Positions 61,654 through 64,000 of a stretch of 64,000 bases of DNA are shown here, in pieces. The DNA comes from Gammaproteobacteria bacterium. GTDB taxonomy: Bacteria; Pseudomonadota; Gammaproteobacteria; Eutrophobiales; Eutrophobiaceae. The translations under genes were made by a program, and so were the position numbers. Where the stretch lies: the NCBI GenBank assembly GCA_965116495.1, contig OZ220696.1:2464001-2528000 (forward strand), in the 5' to 3' direction. Below the pieces are notes generated by a model. It did no database searches. It was not told the DNA's origin and was given only the letters and a program-made list of their open reading frames with translations. Position 1 is the stretch's first letter. Every line of letters starts with the position of its first letter.

Positions 61654-62682
61654 CTGATTTATTCTGAGAATACATCCAGCTACGGCAATACCGTTGTCAG
61701 TATTTTCCAGGCGATAGAATCCTACGGTGTGGATGGCCATGCAGTATTGAGTGAGGTCGGCCTGGATTTACACCAGGTGAGCCAGCCACTTTACCGCGTA
61801 CCCGGCAATGCCATGGCCAGGCTGGTTATAGCCGCAGAATCCGTCACCGGTGACCCCTGTTTCTGTTTCAGGGTAGCCGGTTTCATCCACCCCACTACCT
61901 ACGGCGCGCTGGGATTTGCCCTGTATTCAAGTAACAATATCCGTGCATTTTGCGAACGCCTGTCCCGGTTTCATTCATTCATCACCACCAACCACGTTTG
62001 CCTCTTCGATGAAGCAGACAAGGAGCCGAAGCTGCTGATAAAACCGGCTGATACGACGATTGAGCAGCACGTTTATCGTTCCCTGGTGTCCGGCTATATG
62101 GCAGCGATGGTGCGGTTTTTACGCGAGATGAGCAGCCCGGACTTCTGCCCCGTCAGGATTGATATTGCCTGCCAGGCTCCTGTCGGCTGCGAGGCGATCT
62201 ACCGGGAGTATTTCAAGTCGAACGTGGTATTTTCAGCCGTTGACTATGCCCTGGTTTTCGATTTGAATGAAATTAACAAGCCGTTCCCCGCGGCAAATGC
62301 GGAATTGGCGCGGCAAAATGACCAGATCATGATGAAGATGCTGGCGGATACGGTAAAGGGAGACCTGATTATGCAAGTCAGGTCAAAGCTGGTGGAACTA
62401 TTGCCTTCGGGAGAGTGCAGCAAGGAAGATATTGCCAGGGAACTGTACATGAGTGTGCGTACATTACATAACAAGCTGGAACGAATGAATTCCAGTTACC
62501 AGCACGTGCTGGACGACACCCGGCGTGAACTGGCCGAGCAATATATGCAGCAACAGCAACGTTCAATCAGCGAGGTGGCTTATTTGCTGGGATTTTCCGA
62601 TTGCAGCAATTTCTCCCGGGCCTTCAAACGCTGGACCGGGGAGTCGCCAAGCCAGTTCCGTTCCGGAAATATAATCAACTGA
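61654..62682 (+). CDS. AraC-family transcriptional regulator
   Basis: C-terminal IARELYMSVRTLHNKL...ISEVAYLLGFSDCSNFSRAFKRWTGESPSQFR. The frame is open upstream of GTG 61729 to a CTG at 61654 preceded by GGAG. Confidence 0.9.
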   Translation: MIYSENTSSYGNTVVSIFQAIESYGVDGHAVLSEVGLDLHQVSQPLYRVPGNAMARLVIAAESVTGDPCFCFRVAGFIHPTTYGALGFALYSSNNIRAFCERLSRFHSFITTNHVCLFDEADKEPKLLIKPADTTIEQHVYRSLVSGYMAAMVRFLREMSSPDFCPVRIDIACQAPVGCEAIYREYFKSNVVFSAVDYALVFDLNEINKPFPAANAELARQNDQIMMKMLADTVKGDLIMQVRSKLVELLPSGECSKEDIARELYMSVRTLHNKLERMNSSYQHVLDDTRRELAEQYMQQQQRSISEVAYLLGFSDCSNFSRAFKRWTGESPSQFRSGNIIN

Positions 62683-62703
62683 ACCGCCCCAGGGAGCACC
62701 CAC

Positions 62704-64000
62704 ATGTTTATTCCAGAATTATCTCCCCGCCTGCTCAGGATGGCCGGTATTGTCCTGTTATTTTCCTGCCAGTATCTATCCGCCGCTGAAACACCGGCCC
62801 GGGTTTACATCAAGAGCGTCGATATCTTTGACGGCCGCAATGAAACGTTGAAAAAAAACCACAATGTGCTGGTGGAAGGAAACGTGATCAAATCAATTTC
62901 GGCCGGTGATGCCGGCGCACCGGATTCCGGCACGGCCGTTATCGACGGGGGCGGCAGGGTCATGTTACCGGGGCTGATCGATACCCATGGTCATCTTTCT
63001 ATCGTGGAAACCATGGATAAAATGAAGGACTGGAGCTGGGAGCGGATCGGCGTGTTGATGGGCAAACGGGCGGAAACGACATTGATGTGGGGCTTCACCA
63101 CCGTGCGCGACCTGGGCGGCCCGGTCATGGGCTTGAAGCAGAACATAGATGACGGCCTGGTGCCCGGCCCGCGCATATTTCCATCACTGGCATTCATTAC
63201 CCAGACCGGCGGTCATGGTGATTTTCGCGCCTGGACCGATCCCCATCCGCGCTGGTTTGATGAAACGGCGAACTGGGAAAGACTTGGATATTACCGTCTC
63301 GCAGATGGTGTTCCGGACGTACTTGCCTCGGTGCGGGAAAACCTGTCCAGGGGGGCAACCCAGATCAAGATTATGGGCAGCGGCGGTGTGGGCTCCGAAT
63401 ACGACCCCATAGACTCCGTACAGTACACCCTGGAAGAGCAGCAGGCAGCCGTGCGGGCGGCCGCGGACTGGGGTACGTACGTGGGCGCGCACCTGCACAA
63501 TGGTCCCGCGATCAAGCGGGCGCTGCAGGCAGGTTTGAAGAGCATCGATCACGGGTTCGGGATCGATGAGGAAGGCATGAAGATGCTGGTGTCGCAGGGC
63601 GCGTTCCTGAACACGCATTTTGCCTGGAACCACCTGGTGCTGGAAGCGGATTTCCTCAACGAGTTTCAACTGGCCAAGGCGCGCGAAGTGGTTTCCTGGT
63701 CGGACAACATGGTCAGGCTGGCAAAGGAATACAATCCCAAAATAACCTATTGTGTCGATGCTTTCGGACCCGATGAACTGTTTAACGCCCTGTACGCCAC
63801 GGAATTCAGGGCCCGGTCAGAACATTTCAGCCCGTTGGAGATCCTCAGGCAGGCAACCTCGGGTGCGGCTGAATTACTGGAGCAAAGCGGCAAGCGCAAT
63901 CCTTATCGTGACGGCAAGTTGGGCGTAATTGAAGAGGGCGCCTATGCAGACCTGTTGCTGGTGGATGGCGACCCGCTAGCGGATATCACGCTGTTATCCG
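62704..64000 (+). CDS. Secreted amidohydrolase-family protein (prolidase-like; runs off the right edge)
   Basis: Not in the ORF track. MFIPELSPRLLRMAGIVLLF...VIDGGGRVMLPGLIDTHGHL...GFTTVRDLGG...QTGGHGD...QIKIMGSGGV...GAYADLLLVDGDPL. Confidence 0.9.
   Translation, partial: MFIPELSPRLLRMAGIVLLFSCQYLSAAETPARVYIKSVDIFDGRNETLKKNHNVLVEGNVIKSISAGDAGAPDSGTAVIDGGGRVMLPGLIDTHGHLSIVETMDKMKDWSWERIGVLMGKRAETTLMWGFTTVRDLGGPVMGLKQNIDDGLVPGPRIFPSLAFITQTGGHGDFRAWTDPHPRWFDETANWERLGYYRLADGVPDVLASVRENLSRGATQIKIMGSGGVGSEYDPIDSVQYTLEEQQAAVRAAADWGTYVGAHLHNGPAIKRALQAGLKSIDHGFGIDEEGMKMLVSQGAFLNTHFAWNHLVLEADFLNEFQLAKAREVVSWSDNMVRLAKEYNPKITYCVDAFGPDELFNALYATEFRARSEHFSPLEILRQATSGAAELLEQSGKRNPYRDGKLGVIEEGAYADLLLVDGDPLADITLLS

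Overview
Chromosomal window from a Gammaproteobacterium, judged from the atp operon organisation, GlmU and GluQ; a host-associated marine lifestyle is a weak inference. The left part holds a truncated Ada-like gene, a VapBC module, rraA-glmU and the complete atpIBEFHAGDC operon. From 11.3 to 35 kb is an accessory-rich mosaic of metabolic genes (class III aminotransferase, aldehyde:ferredoxin oxidoreductase, speB, a BisC-like molybdoenzyme, thiolase, SDR, enoyl-CoA hydratase), TA modules, two AAA_14/DUF4143 ATPases and several gene remnants. From 35.4 to 60.5 kb is one ~8,340-aa Calx-beta/Ig-like repeat autotransporter adhesin. The most notable observations are: (1) an AT-rich three-gene cassette (TIGR04255-like protein, unknown protein, ComEC-type MBL hydrolase) bounded by two inverted sites, each made of an IHF-like box and a tRNA-3'-end-like core, a candidate new defence/TA-like module with an unusual recombination signature; (2) a C24 tract in a polyproline leader ORF whose stop overlaps the ribosome-binding site of the giant adhesin; (3) at least four families of small palindromic repeats, some of which supply start or stop codons to core genes, including glmU. 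No intact tRNA or rRNA gene, CRISPR array, integrase or transposase was seen. All family calls come from motif recognition by eye, not from database searches.
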